Source of the DNA: Octopus vulgaris
Lineage: Eukaryota
DNA: 64,000 nucleotides
Assembly (NCBI GenBank): GCA_951406725.2
Contig: OX597819.1
Coordinates: forward strand, 81,282,001-81,346,000
Direction of reading: 5' to 3'
A program made the position numbers and the translations under genes. This document shows, in pieces, positions 25,543-39,612 of this stretch. Position 1 is the stretch's first letter, and each line of letters opens with the position of its first letter. The notes under the pieces were generated by a model. The model saw nothing but the letters and a program-made list of their open reading frames with translations, was not told the DNA's origin and ran no database searches.

Positions 25543-25897
25543 AAATTTTTGTGAAAATTATTTGATACAGTTTTACCGAGTATAAAAACAAAATTCTTTA
25601 AAAAAGTTATTGTAAAAAGCAAGTTGTAAATTCTTTATCAGAACATCACTAACCTTTTTGGAAAAAGTTTCTTTCTAGTGTGTGTGAGCTCTTTCATTTC
25701 CAAAATGTAGACTGTTGGCGATCTTTTTACTTCCGTCTTGCTTTTCTCTTGAACTTTCCGCTGTCTCCTGTTTCTGAAGAAGAGTTTTGCTCGAAACGTA
25801 AAACACCCTTTCTTTCCTTCTCTGAGTGTCCTATTAATACTTTGCATGCACGACGTTGTTTTTTTGTTGTCTTTTGTCTCCGTTTTTTTTATTAACT
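25543..25897 (+). mobile_element. Microsatellite-flanked hammerhead-bearing element
   Basis: Homologous to 33658-33858 (GTTGGCGAT...TGTTTC.GA.GAAGAG...GCTCGAAACGT.AAAC...CTGAG.GTCC...ATTAAC-TA). Confidence 0.75.
25769..25805 (+). ncRNA. Ultra-minimal type I hammerhead
   Basis: tgttt-CTGAAGA(25774-80)-a-gag ttttg ctc-GAAA-c-GTA(25798-800)-aaaca. Helix III is only the ACGT palindrome. Confidence 0.75.
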
Positions 25898-25899
25898 AT

Positions 25900-25982
<83 letters not shown>

Positions 25983-28900
25983 CGTTTACCGACAATTCAG
26001 TGCATAGACAATTCAGTAATATGCATGTAATACATGTAATTCATTATCACGTTGTATTGATATTGGTTGTATATCTAAAACAAATGCACATGCAACCTAG
26101 GAACACAGCAGTCATAGAATAGATTAACCGAACATAAGCAAAAAGCATACATGTACATGCAACAAACACCAGCAAAAAAAATCATCAACATAGCCCATAC
26201 GAAACGACACAAGACACTGTAAAGCATTCACAGTATGAACGAGCATATTCCGAGCATAAATAGTTTCAGAATATCATACGAGAATTGACAAACTAGAATA
26301 TTTGCGAGATATTAGTTATCAAATCAAACTCAAAAGTGGGAATTAAAGAATATAATTTAGCATTTTTAATTCTTTTTGTATTTTTTATCTTTACATGTTT
26401 TTAAATAAATAATTGAAATTTTTCCTCTTTTTCCTTTCATCCCCAAAGAAAATAACCTTTACCTAAGTTAAATAAGACGCCCTGCGCTGAATAATCGCCT
26501 CACGATATATATATATATATATATATAAAATCTATATCTATGCAGTTGATATATGAACAGGAAATTGATTGTACGTTCCATTCCTTAAGGACTTGGATCC
26601 ATGCAATAGTTATTATTTTAAAATTAGTAGTTGATTAACTCGTGACTATAGTAGAAGTCATTTGTCAATGTATCAACAAGATGTAAGAAATATACTACTA
26701 CATCCAAGATATCCATACCTTGTCATCTGATTATCAATATGCTTGATGCTAAGACAGTCTCTTGGATCTAAAATGCTTCAAACACTTTTCTTAGCCTACA
26801 GAGTACAGAACAGTAAACACTTATGTGCATATGGCTAAAAGAAATAAGAATGATATCTATGCAGGGCAAATTTAGCCACTTCTCCGTAGTCTGAAAAAAC
26901 AAATGGACGGCCTTAAACGATTTTCTAACCTCATTGGGTCGTACATCGATTTGTTTATATACTCAACAAATACAGTAACCGCAGTGAACTGGGGTTACTA
27001 ATTTGCATACCGAAAGAGTGAGTTTAGCACTTTATTTCTGTCGACTAACTACATTAGTATCTTTAACCATGGAAAAATAACTTTTGTTTACAGTTGTCAC
27101 TATAGAGTAACGCTGCAGTATGTTGCGGAACTAGTTTTACCTTGCCCAAATTTCAGATATAGCACACGTGCGAGTGTGTTTGAATGCTTGCGTGTATGGT
27201 GTATTTGTGTGTTATGCTTGCTTTTGTGTGTGTGTGTGTGTGCTTGCGGAATTATGTATGTTACATAAACCAGTGTAAGTTGGTTGAAATATGCTTAAAG
27301 ATGTTGAACTGAAACCATATAATAAATAAGACAAAAATCTGATCTGATTTCAAATAAGAAAAGTTCAGAGCTTTTTATCTGAACATAAAGTTTAGAGAGT
27401 GTACTTTCTTTTCACTCTTGTATCACAATATCACAAGCTCAACAACGTTGGAAAAGAAGACAGTTGAGCATCTTGTTTGATTATCTGTTATCCTAAAAGG
27501 GATCATAGAGGTTATCAGAACACTATCTAATAGGTCTGTAGTGAATGTCTTTATAATCTCTATTATTTTCCAAAATGTTTATGTAACTTCGCAGAAAAGA
27601 ATCTTCCTATAAAACTTTGAAGAGATATGTATATGATTTTGCTTCTTGCATCGTAGATGAACCATTTGCAAAAAAAAAAAGATGAACGAAAATCAGTCAT
27701 CACTGATTCATTGATTCACCAATTACTGAGGTAAATACAAAATATAAGGAATTCTCCACAAAAATAAATTTTAAAAATGGAACCATTGATTTCACAGAGA
27801 CGGCACAAAAGAATATTCAGTTGTGACATTCGTACTCCAATATGACCATAGCTGTGATGATTGTGGCAAGACTAAAAGCCGTGATGGCTGTGTTAAACCT
27901 AAAGCATGAAAAAACCTCTATCTAAAAGATTCCTATGGAAAAGATAGCCAGGGGTTTGAAATAAAGAACTTAGAATAGTTTACCGTAGTAGTAAAATTTG
28001 AAAACTACTGAAATATTGCGGTTTCTCTTACATCACTCAAATAATACACACGTTAAACCCAAGCCAGGGAAGGAATCTTTACATAGTCGCTTGACCTGTT
28101 AAAAGTGGCAACTATATTTTCCTTAAATCGCAACCTACTCTCTTAACTAAAAGAAAATGATGCATTAAATAATGTAGAGCCTAATTCTTCTCAACCGGAA
28201 TCCATATGACCACTAGTTGGTGGGGGTGGAGATTCATATTAGATTTTGTTGTTAAAATCTTTATTTATCTCCTTCTTTCCTCCTCTACTTTAAAAAATTA
28301 TTCTTTAAGCCATATCATTTCTTTTCTTTTCTGCTTTCTTTCTTTAACTTGTGTTTTAACTACTCTCACTTTTTCCATATTTTTCTTTCTCATTCAAACG
28401 TTTCGTTATCGTCATTGACAGTCTTATAACATTCTGAAAACCATTCGATGCTCCGTTATGTGTCAATATTACGAATTGACGCTACTCATTTGACATAACT
28501 AGAAACAAGTATAAGCTATAAATAAATACTCCTTTCTTTCTCCTATATCTTCCCTATCAAGTGTTGTTCATTTTTTTCTTTTACTTTCTTTTTGTATTGA
28601 CTTTCAAAGAAACAGTTACCAGCTAGTGTTTGTTCGGTCAGTTATTACTATTTAGCTAAATAAATATTCTACTCTTTCATAACAGAATGATTTGTTTGCA
28701 AGATCTATTTTATAAACTGTTTGTTTAAAAAAACTCTAAGATGGTCAGGATAAATTTCCAGGACTGCGAAGGTATGATTGATTATGGCAAAGATTAGTGA
28801 GGCTGGTATAAGCAAATTACTGTAAATCAAGAAGAAATGCCACCGACAAACCGAGCCTTCGGCCGTCTAACAAATACCGACTGAATCCAGTTCTCTTTAC

Positions 28901-29089
28901 ATCTGTGCGGCAGAGTGGCGGTGAGTTTACAGAACTGCGTTTGCGAAGTGGTCATGATTCCACGTGTCACGATGCCTTTCCTCAGACTCCTTGTATTGTA
29001 GATAAACCGGACACTGGATTTTATTTTATTTATTCAAAATTTTTTTCATACTTATTTCACTTACTGGAGCTGGTCGACATAAATTATAT

Positions 29090-29756
29090 CTCATTTAGGC
29101 ACAAGGTTAGCAATTTTGAAGAGTATTTTGTCGATGCCATCAACTCCACTGCTATATTTTATCAACCTCGAATAGATAAGAGGCAACACTGTCCTCGGCG
29201 GAATTTGAATTCAGAACATAAAGGGCAGGGAAGAAAGGACACTAAATATTTTGTCCCACGATCTAGCTATTCTGTGAACTCGCCGTCCTCTTAATAATAA
29301 TATTGGTCATTATATCAATCAGTGTAGAGGAGAGATAACTTCCCTCTAATACCGCTCAGCCGTTTCGTTTCCTGGCTGAAATTTACTTCATTGGCAGTGT
29401 CGTTAACGTTAAGGAGAAAAGTATGAGAAAAGCCTTGCATTTCTTTTTTATTCCTCTATAAATTTGTGACTTTGTGCCCAAGTGACAAGTTTGCTTCACT
29501 AACATCAAAATTTTAACAACAACAACAATAATAATAATAATAATCCTTTCTATGATAGGCATAAGGACTGAAAATGGGAGAGGGAGAAAGTCGATAACAT
29601 CGACCCCAGTACTCGACTGGTACTTCATTTATCGTCTCCGAAAGGATAAAAGGCAAAGCCGACCTCGGCAGAATTTGAACTAGGAACGTAGCGACAGGCG
29701 AAATTCTGCTAAGCGTTTCGTCCAGCGTGCTAATGATTTAACCAGTTCGCCGCCAT

Positions 29757-29828
<72 letters not shown>

Positions 29829-30272
29829 GTTTAAAATTTTGCCACAAGGGCAGAAGTTATGGTGGAGGGGATGAGACCTTTATATCAACCCCAGTGTTCA
29901 ACTGGTACTTATTTTATCGATCCCGAAAGGATGAAAATTAAAGCCGACTTCGGCGGAATTTGAACTCGGAACGTAGCGAAATACTGCTAAACATTTCGTC
30001 CGGCGTGCTAACGATTCAAACATTTCGCCGCCAATAATAATAATAATAATAATAATAATATTTTTGACTCAAAACCAGTAATTTTGGGCGGGGTGGGGGC
30101 AAGTCGATTATATCAATCCTACTACTTGACTGGTCTTTTATTTTATCGACCCCCGAAGGGATGAAAGTAAATTTAATTTCGGTGAGATTTGAACTCGGTA
30201 TGTAAAGATCCAGAAGAAATGCCGCTGCACGTTTTGTCCGGTTTCGCTAATGATTACGTTATTTCACCGCCA
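29090..30272 (-). mobile_element. Four co-oriented tRNA-SINE copies, the last three head-to-tail separated by (TAA)n
   Basis: Copies near 29090, 29545, 29830, 30060. (TAA)n at 29758-29828 and 30034-30060. Confidence 0.85.
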
Positions 30273-31679
30273 TATTTTTTTTCAAAGGTAAATATAAGGC
30301 CAGCAATTTTTTTCAGGAGGAAGGGGATTAGTAGATTACACTAACCACACACACATTTATATACATTTATATGCGTGTGTATGTTCATCCATACATAAAA
30401 TGTACATATACTACATAGACATGTACGCATATATTATGAGCGTAGTCAGCGACATAACGTTAGGTTTATTCTTTTCATACTTGCATTCTATTCCTGTAAG
30501 CATCTTATTCTTAAGTATACGATATTTTACTGTCTTAATCATATATACATCCAACACGAGGATCTGTATTTCTCATTTGATTTGCTAATCTAGAGTAATT
30601 TTAACGTAACCCTTTATAAGCTCTTTGTGTAGAGATGACGAGAATACATAACAACGCGTAAAAAGTGTTCTGCAGGAGAGACTTGAGTTAAACTGATCTG
30701 TTGAAGATCTTGTCACTTCATAACCTTTTCAATTTACTTTGTACTAAGCCAATCTTTGTTTATTACCAACGTGCAATAATCTATTAGTAGATTTTTATGT
30801 CTCTAAATCCTGTGAGTTGATTCTTAATTAGACTCTAAAAGAATTTCTGTTCGACATTAACTTTGTTGTAAGACAGTGACAACCGGAATTTAAACAACAT
30901 AACGGAATTTGGAGTATATTTTTCAATTAAACCCGATTAATTTTATTTTTGTTTTTACTTATTTCGGTGTATTGACGTGAACTGCTGCTGAGAACCATTC
31001 CACAGAGCTAAGATTTCGCTGGTTCGATTTAAATGTATTTATGCTTTCACACCATGTATAAACTACTTGCCATATATTGCTTAATAATTGCGGGAAGATG
31101 TACTAAGAGAGAGAGAGAGAGGGAGATGGACGCCACAACTTCCAATCTCCCCTTTCTGTTTAAAATTTTAAACTACTTACATGTGAGGTATGCTGCTGTC
31201 CGATCGAAAATGAGGTCTGCTCGAGCCGACCTACGATCAAAAGTGCTCCAGCCTTGTCTATACCATCCTTTTAGGTAGTTTATTTCAAAATGCATTATCA
31301 AGTGTTTTTTTTTTCTTTTTTTTTTACGTTGCACGGTGTTTTGTGTAACTTCAGAGAGCTTTGGCTGCTATTTCTAGTACAGCAAGGAGACCACGTAGAC
31401 GCTTCGAAATTGTTTCATACTGGCAACTTGTGATTGCTCAGCTTTAAGTCATTTCTGAATGACCCGACTTATGATAAAATGAGCATCCCAGTTGTGGCCA
31501 TCCATTATTTTTTATATCAATTACATTATTGACCAATGAGCTCTTCATTTCTCGAAAGGAAAGTTCAATTCAAGGGAAATTCAGTTCAGTTGTTTTTTCC
31601 AACTGTTCGAATGATCACGTAAAGACTTACTCATTGATAACGATAGGCTGTTGCTGTTTTGTTGCTGCTGTTGCTGTTG

Positions 31680-32045
31680 AGCAAACGGTCTTCGTCCCAG
31701 AAGTCGCAAGATGGGAGAAGTCCGAAACGTGGTCCTTTGCTATTAGTAAGACCCGGAGAAGAGAAAGCAGATCAACCCCGACACCGAGAGCATCGACGGA
31801 TGGATGAATGCGCATCCAGGCTCAGCGGTTGCGTAGGAAGCCGCGTACAAGAAACAGGAAGAAAGAGTGAGAGAAAGTTGGAGCGAAAGAGTACAACAGG
31901 GGTCGCCACCACCATCCTGCCGGAGCCTCGTGGAGCTTTAGGTGTTTTCGCTCAATAAACACACACAACGCTCAGTCTGGGAATCGAAACCGCAATCCTC
32001 CGACCGCGAGTCCGCTGCCCTAACCATTGGGCCATTGCGCCTCCT
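31680..32045 (-). mobile_element. tRNA-derived SINE, third family
   Basis: Minus strand TGGCCCAATGGTTAG, GGTTTCGATTCCC. Head similar to the 34970 SINE. Confidence 0.8.
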
Positions 32046-33657
32046 GCTGTTGTTGCTATAGTTTAGTCATTTCTGATAGAGTAGACCTATGATCAGACAT
32101 TCCAGCCATGACCCTCCAGTCATATATTGTTTTCAGTCATAATGTGTGTAGGACTACATCATCCATAATGTCCTTTTCTTAAGACGACAATGTGAAGATA
32201 GACAGTAGTAGATGCAGGAAGTGTCGTTACAGACGAAGGTAGTATTGCTGTTGTTATTCTTGCAGATGGGGATGGTCGGGTAATTGTAGATGGAGAGGTT
32301 GTTTATGATGGAGTTCGTACTGTTGTTGTAGATGGTAGTGCAGTGTTTTTTTTTTGTTTTTTTTTTTATTTGCTTTTTTTTACCACTCTTAGGCTAGTGA
32401 AGTATTCTAGAAAAGATTAAACACTTGATAATCTTGCTGATATGATTAATATTTCATTGGGAAATACTATTGTAAAGTAGTTTCATCTCTTAGAAGAAAA
32501 TTCTGCAAAGCTAAATCAACAATGTAACTATGCAACATGTCTTTATAAAGGTTCTGAATTGGCATGAAAATCTCAGTCTATGTCGCTCGATATGTCCTAC
32601 CATTTTGTTATACGGCAGAGTATGATTCGAGGGAGATTTGTCAGCTATTTCTTGCACGATGAGCGAACATACAAAAAGTTTGCCTTTTGCGTCTTCCGTT
32701 CATTCTTAAATGTAATTGTAAGCTGCATCTACAATGTGGTTTCAATCGCTAACTTAAACCACTTCACTGACGCTTCAAATACTCTTGAAAAGATACCAAC
32801 CTGTTTTGCTATTCTTTATAAAAAAATGGCTTTTCTGTCAAGTCAAAAAGGAACTTTTTTTATTGCTTGTCAGTATTGCTGTATAAACCAAGCTCAGATC
32901 TGAATGAGTAGTCCAATTATCAAAACGATTTCCATCCGCGACCATCTAGGAGTCTCGCTGGTTACCCAGTTTCAATGAGTATGTTAGTGACTGAGATAAC
33001 AACATCATCCCCTGATGCCAGTCAGTTGCGGGATGCGTCCAGGAGTACATTATTCATTATTATGTCCCTAGGTGTTTTACGCATAAGGTGTGATTTGAAG
33101 CAGATTTGTCTGCTCCTTGTAATTCCTCGAGCAACTGCGATACGGCTCTCTCTCTCTTTGCTCCCAGCGTACAGAATTCATGATCTGGTTTCTATTCGTG
33201 TTTGTCACCATATATGCTCAATTTTTCCACTTATTCAAGTGAGAAAAGCACAGGTATCACGGAAACTATTTTCCCCTCCGTCTAAAATCAATCACTCTAT
33301 GAGTTTCTATTGTTCAGCTGAATGCTAATTCCTTAAAGAATATTCTTTCTATGCAATAATATTCACTGATACGCAAACACTAATATTAACATAAATATAC
33401 ATAGACACGAAATGTGCTAAGCATAAACTGCATACCTATCAATATATTGATACGACAAAATTCACTGTAAAGAAAAAATAGCTATTTTTTCACACTATTT
33501 AAAAACGCAATACACGGTCAATTAGATATTTATCGTATATAGTGATGATGACTAAATAATGATTTTCAATACCAACTGTTTCTCTATTAGTAGTAACTAT
33601 ATTTCTCTTTTGTTTTTTTTTCGTTTTCTGTACTTGTGTGTTTGTATATATATATAT

Positions 33658-33854
33658 AAAATGTGACCTCGTGTGTACCGTTGGCGATTTTTTTCCCTCT
33701 GTCTTCCCTTCTCTGGATCTTTCCTTCTCCTATGTTTCCGACGAAGAGCTCCGCTCGAAACGTTAAACCCTCCTTCTTTCCTGAGCGTCCAATAATACTA
33801 TATTTGTTCCACGTCCTCGCGTTGTTGTGTTTTTTTGTGCTTTCTTGTTTGGAT

Positions 33855-33858
<4 letters not shown>
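33658..33858 (+). mobile_element. (TA)n-flanked element with variant hammerhead (CCGACGA core)
   Basis: gttt-CCGACGA(33738-44)-a-gagc tcc gctc-GAAA-c-GTT-aaac. (TA)n on both sides. Paralog of 25543-25897. Confidence 0.75.
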
Positions 33859-33903
<45 letters not shown>

Positions 33904-34969
33904 TTCCATTCTCAATTTTTATAAGTTAGTAGGTTATGATTTTAGAACGATTTAGTTTCTATTTCTTGTTAATGCGTTGACTACGTCTAGGCCCACTCCA
34001 GCTGTGGTAAATCAAACCTATGAACAAAACCATTCTGTGACTATTCCACCCTTTATTTAAACCTCTAATATCGCTTTCTTTTTTTAAGACGGTAGAATTT
34101 TATTTCTATCGGATCTTGCACTATGCAGAGTCTATTTTATTGCTACGGTTTCCTTCTCTGTAAAGCCAGTTCATTGTATTTACCTCCCCTTTCCAGAGCG
34201 ACATCAAATTCATCCCATATTTCTTTTTGATAAAATCTGTGTTTTAACTCTAAAAGTCACTATGTGGTTGAATGGCAAAATTGTTGCTTCAGCATTGAAT
34301 ACGTAACCTCTTAGTGCTTGTTCCGATCATCTTTAATTTTTTATTATCCTTTGCGTTTCTTCGTTATAGTACTGCAGCCATAGTGGAGCACCACTTCGGA
34401 GTGTTTAGTTGAACAAATCGATCCCAGTACTTCGTTTTTAAGTCTGGTACTTATTCTATCGGTCTCTTTTCTGGAACCACTAAGTTACGAAGGCGTAAAC
34501 AACCCAACACCAGTCGTCAAGCGGTAGTGGCGACAAACACAAACGTGCGCACACATACACACATACAAACGCGCGCTCACGCACACACACACTTTAATAA
34601 CTCATGGAAGGATACCAACTGATGAAGCAGTAATCATTATTGGAATTGTTTGTATAGGTTACAGTTTAATGTTCATTGTAGTTGCCTACAACTAGTTATA
34701 CTGAGTTATTTGTTTAGGGATTACAAACAGAGGCCTATTCAACAAACGCTATTAATTTAACATTCATTGGGAATTTGATTCATTTACCAATATCACGGAA
34801 ACTCCTTTAATTAATATGAATTAGTTCTTTCTCGAGTCATATTGAATCATAGGGCCTGTTTCCCGGTTTCAATGAAGTATATATTCCCCATCTGGACGGG
34901 ACGCCGGTTATCACAGGGTTACTCATTTTTGCCAGCTGAATGGACTGGAGCAACGTGAAGTGAAGTGTT

Positions 34970-35277
34970 CTGTAGAGGCACATGGCCTAGTGGTTAGAGC
35001 AGCGGACTCGCGCTTGAGGGATCGCGGGTTCGAATTCAGACCGGGTGATGTGTGTGTTTATGAACAAAACACCTAAGCTCCACGCAGCTCCAGCAGAAGG
35101 TAATAGCGAACTTCTGCTGACTCTTTCGCCACAACTTTCTCTCACTCTTTCCTCCTGCATCTAGCACCTCACCTGCGATGGACCGGCGTCTCATCCAGGT
35201 GGGAAACTTATACGCCAATGAAACCGGGAAACCGGCGCATTATGAGCCAGGCATGGCATGAGAAGGAACAAACAAAA
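34970..35277 (+). mobile_element. SINE nested in an oppositely oriented SINE (host ~34825-35320)
   Basis: A/B boxes TGGCCTAGTGGTTAG / GGTTCGAATTC. 12-bp TSD AAGTGAAGTGTT at 34958-69 and 35278-89. Confidence 0.85.
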
Positions 35278-35989
35278 AAGTGAAGTGTTTTGCTCAAGAA
35301 CACAACGCGTCACCCGGTCGAAGAAATGGGAATTAAATATATTTTATTTGTCTAGACACAAACTTCTCCTTTCCATAAAAAAAAATCAGTAAGAGTAGGG
35401 AGGTGGTAATGGGAGAGCAAAGGTTTGCACCCAGAATCGATCTAATACTACTGAGAGTACTACAAATCTCTTTATGACTCGTACATGTTCCTAACCATCA
35501 ACAGAAGGATCAGGAAATTTTAAATATTTAGGTATACTTTCAGTCAGAAAATTACTGCGATGTCGAGAAAATACAATATAAAATATAACAAATACAGCAC
35601 ACACATTTGAAATACTAAATTCTACAGCCATAATACTAGTAGAATTATATACAGTATGGCCAGTTAAAATATAAAACCAAAAGAGTGCCAGTATAGTACG
35701 TCATAACACCACCCCATTGTCAACTAATTTCTAACATAACACACAAGAACGTACAATCAAAATATAATAAAAACACATAGGCGCCGTCAACGTATTACGT
35801 CATAACGTTACCTCAGTGTGAACTAATGACAGACTTAACATAACAATTCCCCAATGCCGTATGAATGTTGCAACATCACTGCAATATCAACAACTTAAAT
35901 TAAACAATCGAACATATAAACACAAATCTCAAACTGCTATAAACATGACACTGCATAAATGTCATTACGATGTAGTTTAAATTAATATA

Positions 35990-36435
35990 TTGATTTCGAA
36001 TTTTGCACAAGACCAGCAACTTCGCGGCAGGGCATAAGTCAATTGCATCAACCTTGTGTTTAACTGGTACTTATCTTATCGACCCCGAAAGGATGAAAGG
36101 CAAAGCTGACATTACTGAAATTTGAACTCAAAGCATAAAGACAGACAGAATGCTACGAAGCTTTTTTTCCCGGTGTACTAACGATTCTGCCAGCTCGCTG
36201 CCTTACTTTTCGATGTAAATACTGCGTTCAAATTCTGGCACAAGTCCAGCAATTTCGGGTGAGCAGTAGGTCGATTACATAGACTCCAGTGTTCAGCTGG
36301 TACTCATTTTATCGACTCCGAAAGGATGAAAGGCAAAATCAGCCTCGGCGGAATTTGAACACAAGATGTGAAGACGGACTAGATGCCGCTAGGTATTTTG
36401 CCCGGCGTGCTAACAATTCTCCCTGCTCGCAGCCT
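35990..36435 (-). mobile_element. Two tandem tRNA-SINE copies
   Basis: TATCGAC.CCGAAAGGATGAAAGGCAAA occurs twice. Confidence 0.8.
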
Positions 36436-36755
36436 TTTATTCAATTAATATATTCACTACAATAGTGTTCCACAATCACTTCCAATTCTATACTGATGCA
36501 TTATTTACTCGGGCATTGCAGCTGCTTTCTGCAATAGTACATGACATTCATTCCCTGCCCTATACAAATATATCTGCCTTATACTGACTTACCGTTTTAT
36601 TTGAATGTTTCAGAAGTTTTCTTAATTTTGGAAAATGTGAATGCAAGCTGGTTTTGTATGGTTACCAACAATACCATGGCATGTGCAAAGATAGTATCTT
36701 GTGTGTGTTAGTGTGCTCCTGCAGCCGTATATATGTGTATATATATATATACACA

Positions 36756-36797
<42 letters not shown>

Positions 36798-37974
36798 CTT
36801 GTATTGCTCTTTTTAATTCAGAGTAAATTTTGACCGGTTAGCTATTTGGTAGCAAGGTTGTGAGGAAAAGCATCTTGTTTAAATCATCCTTTAAATCTTA
36901 AGGTCTTGCAGATTTTTATAATCCCAAACATTGTGATCATTTGTATGCATGTATGTACGTACGTGTGTGTGTGTGTATGTCTGTATGTATGTATGTATGT
37001 ATGTATGTATGTATGTATGTATGTATGTATGTATGTATGTATGTATGTATGTGTGTATGCGTGTGGGTGTGCGTGTGGGTGTGCGTGTGTGTGTGCGTGC
37101 GTGTGTGTGTGTGCGTGTGTGTGGGGGTGTATGTTTGTATAGTGTGGTGCTAAAGTAGGCTAACAGTTGTATATTCTTATTTTTACAAGATAGTGAAGCA
37201 TGTCAATGTTCAGGGCAGACATTTTGAGCAATTACGTGACTAACATTGTACAATGTGTTTGAAACAAAAAATAAAATGTGCAACTATACATCTGTAGGCC
37301 TACTACTGCCCTATCCTGTATGTATGTAGGTAGGTATTCTTATATCGGCCTAAGAAAATTTACATCTGATGAAATCGATTTTAGTACACAACTAGTGAAT
37401 ATTTTCCGACACTAGAAAGAGGAATGGAAAATATAGAGAAACCGGCGGAATTTGAACTGATAATGAAGGGTGAAATTAAATGCATTTAATCTCCAGTCGT
37501 TCTTAAATTCGCTTTTAAGATCACTTGTAAACATGGTGCAAAGTCTATGAAAATGAGTTCTGCACAAAAAATATTCAACAGAAAGCAACACTTTTCTTAC
37601 ACATCATAGAGTGCTATAAAGTGGCATCTGTAAAAATTATTTCAAAAATACTCATTTCATACCGGAATACGGTTGATTCTATGACAGAAAAGAAAAAGAA
37701 AGAAAGAAAGAAAGAAAGAAAAAGAGAAAAATCTGCGCGATGACCTCTTCTACATCAACTTAATAGAATTTTATTTGGAAATTTTGCACGAAATTCTTAG
37801 GAACACCTTCACGTAGAAATGTTATTGCTTTCGTAAAAAGTGTAAGAGAATATAAGTTGTTCGCAAAGCACTTTTCTGTATTTATTAATTGGACGATTAC
37901 AAATTTAAGAAATACTCTCAAAAACAACCACTAGGAAGATTTCGATAACGACAACTACCACATCAGACTCAGCA

Positions 37975-38125
37975 AAGACGAAGATGTTATTTACAACAAC
38001 ATTAGCTTCAACAATAACAACAACATTAACTTCAACAATAACAACAACAATAACAACAACATTAACTTCAACAGTAACAATAACAACAACCAACAAACAG
38101 TAAAACAATAATAGTAGTAGTAGCA
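37975..38125. repeat. (ACA)-rich minisatellite with ACAACAACATTAACTTCAACA units
   Basis: Seen directly. Confidence 0.8.
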
Positions 38126-39612
38126 GCATTTATAAACTCCACATTAATTTCCGTTTAATTTCCATATGTAAAAACCCAACAAATTTGTTTCTTAGTTGAT
38201 TTAAGTGAATTAACTATGAACGTAAGAAAATTTGATCAATAACCAGATGAGAAAGAGTTCAACCTAGTTCCTCCAATTTATTTCAAAATATTATATAAAA
38301 ATCATTTATGTATGTATGTATGTATGTATGTATGTATGTATGTATGTATGTATGTATGTATGTATGTATGTATGTATGTATGCATGTATGTATGTATACA
38401 CAGACACACACACACACAGATGTACACACTTTCATACATATATCTATAATAATTTTATTCAAAATAAAATCTGTTTTCTAACGTGCTGTGTGCTGATGGG
38501 GGAAGAGTAGACTAGGTTTTGCTGAACCAACTTGCCATTTATTGGAAAATATTTCCTTCACTCTCATTTTCATTTATTAGATAATGAAAAATGTCATAAA
38601 TACAATCGTGCACACCATACAAATATATATACATAAATATGAGTATAAATAAAACATCCTATACAATTTGTCTATAAAGGAAATTGTTTCAAAATTGTTT
38701 CCAAATAACAACTGGGAACAATCTAAGAATGATTTGAACATTGGCTCGGTCTATTAAATGTATTTAGATGGAAAGTCGCAAGTTCTCTCACACACACAGG
38801 ACTTTCAAATAATTGTAGCAAGTGATGAAAATTGTAGACTGTGTGTCATTGCCTCGCGCTAGCTCTTTATGTATGTAGATTAGACTGCATTTAAAGACAA
38901 CACACAGACGCGCGCACACCATCACACACACACACACACACATGAACAGACACACATACACACCGAAAAACACTCATACTCACAAACACACGTGTATGTA
39001 GATAGAAAGAGCAAATTTTTAACATTTGAAAGGAAAATTACTCAATATTAATGGAGCAGTTTTCGTTTCGATTTAAAATATTCACATATACACAACCACA
39101 GGTGTGTGTGTGTGTGTGTGTGTGCTTGAGTATATATGAATAAATGTATACACACACACACGTGCACGCACACAAATATATGGTTAGAGACATTTTTACA
39201 TACATATATGAAAGGAAAGTGTAAAGAGTATTTTGTAAAAATCAAACCATATCTTTTATGAATTACATCTAATACTGATATTGTTGAAATCTTACCTTAA
39301 TATATCGTCAACCTTAATTCGTATTTCTTAATTAGGCACAACATTTTGGTTATTGAACACGCGTGACGAATGAGACACTACGGTGCTTATAGATCCTGAG
39401 TTGAACTGGCTGTGGAAACGGGATCACGGAATCATCAACAAACGCTTTTTCTTGCGTTTTCCCCAAGCCATAAAGCCTCATGTATAGGGAGCGAAAATAT
39501 AAAGTCACTGTTTTTTTCTAGGATCATAACAGAATAAGTTAAATGAAATAGTTCTACCTGAGGAAAATAACCGTGTTGTGGTCTCAGCCTAGTAGATTAT
39601 CTCTTACTGTGG

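Noticed and set aside
27798-27909. Possible terminal exon DGTKEYSVVTFVLQYDHSCDDCGKTKSRDGCVKPKA*
   Set aside because: Only an acceptor-like site supports it. No recognisable family, and this frame is not phase-compatible with the 11839 donor.
29545-30272. CRISPR-like repeat-spacer appearance
   Set aside because: Units are ~210-bp diverged SINEs with microsatellite linkers in eukaryotic DNA, and no cas genes are present.
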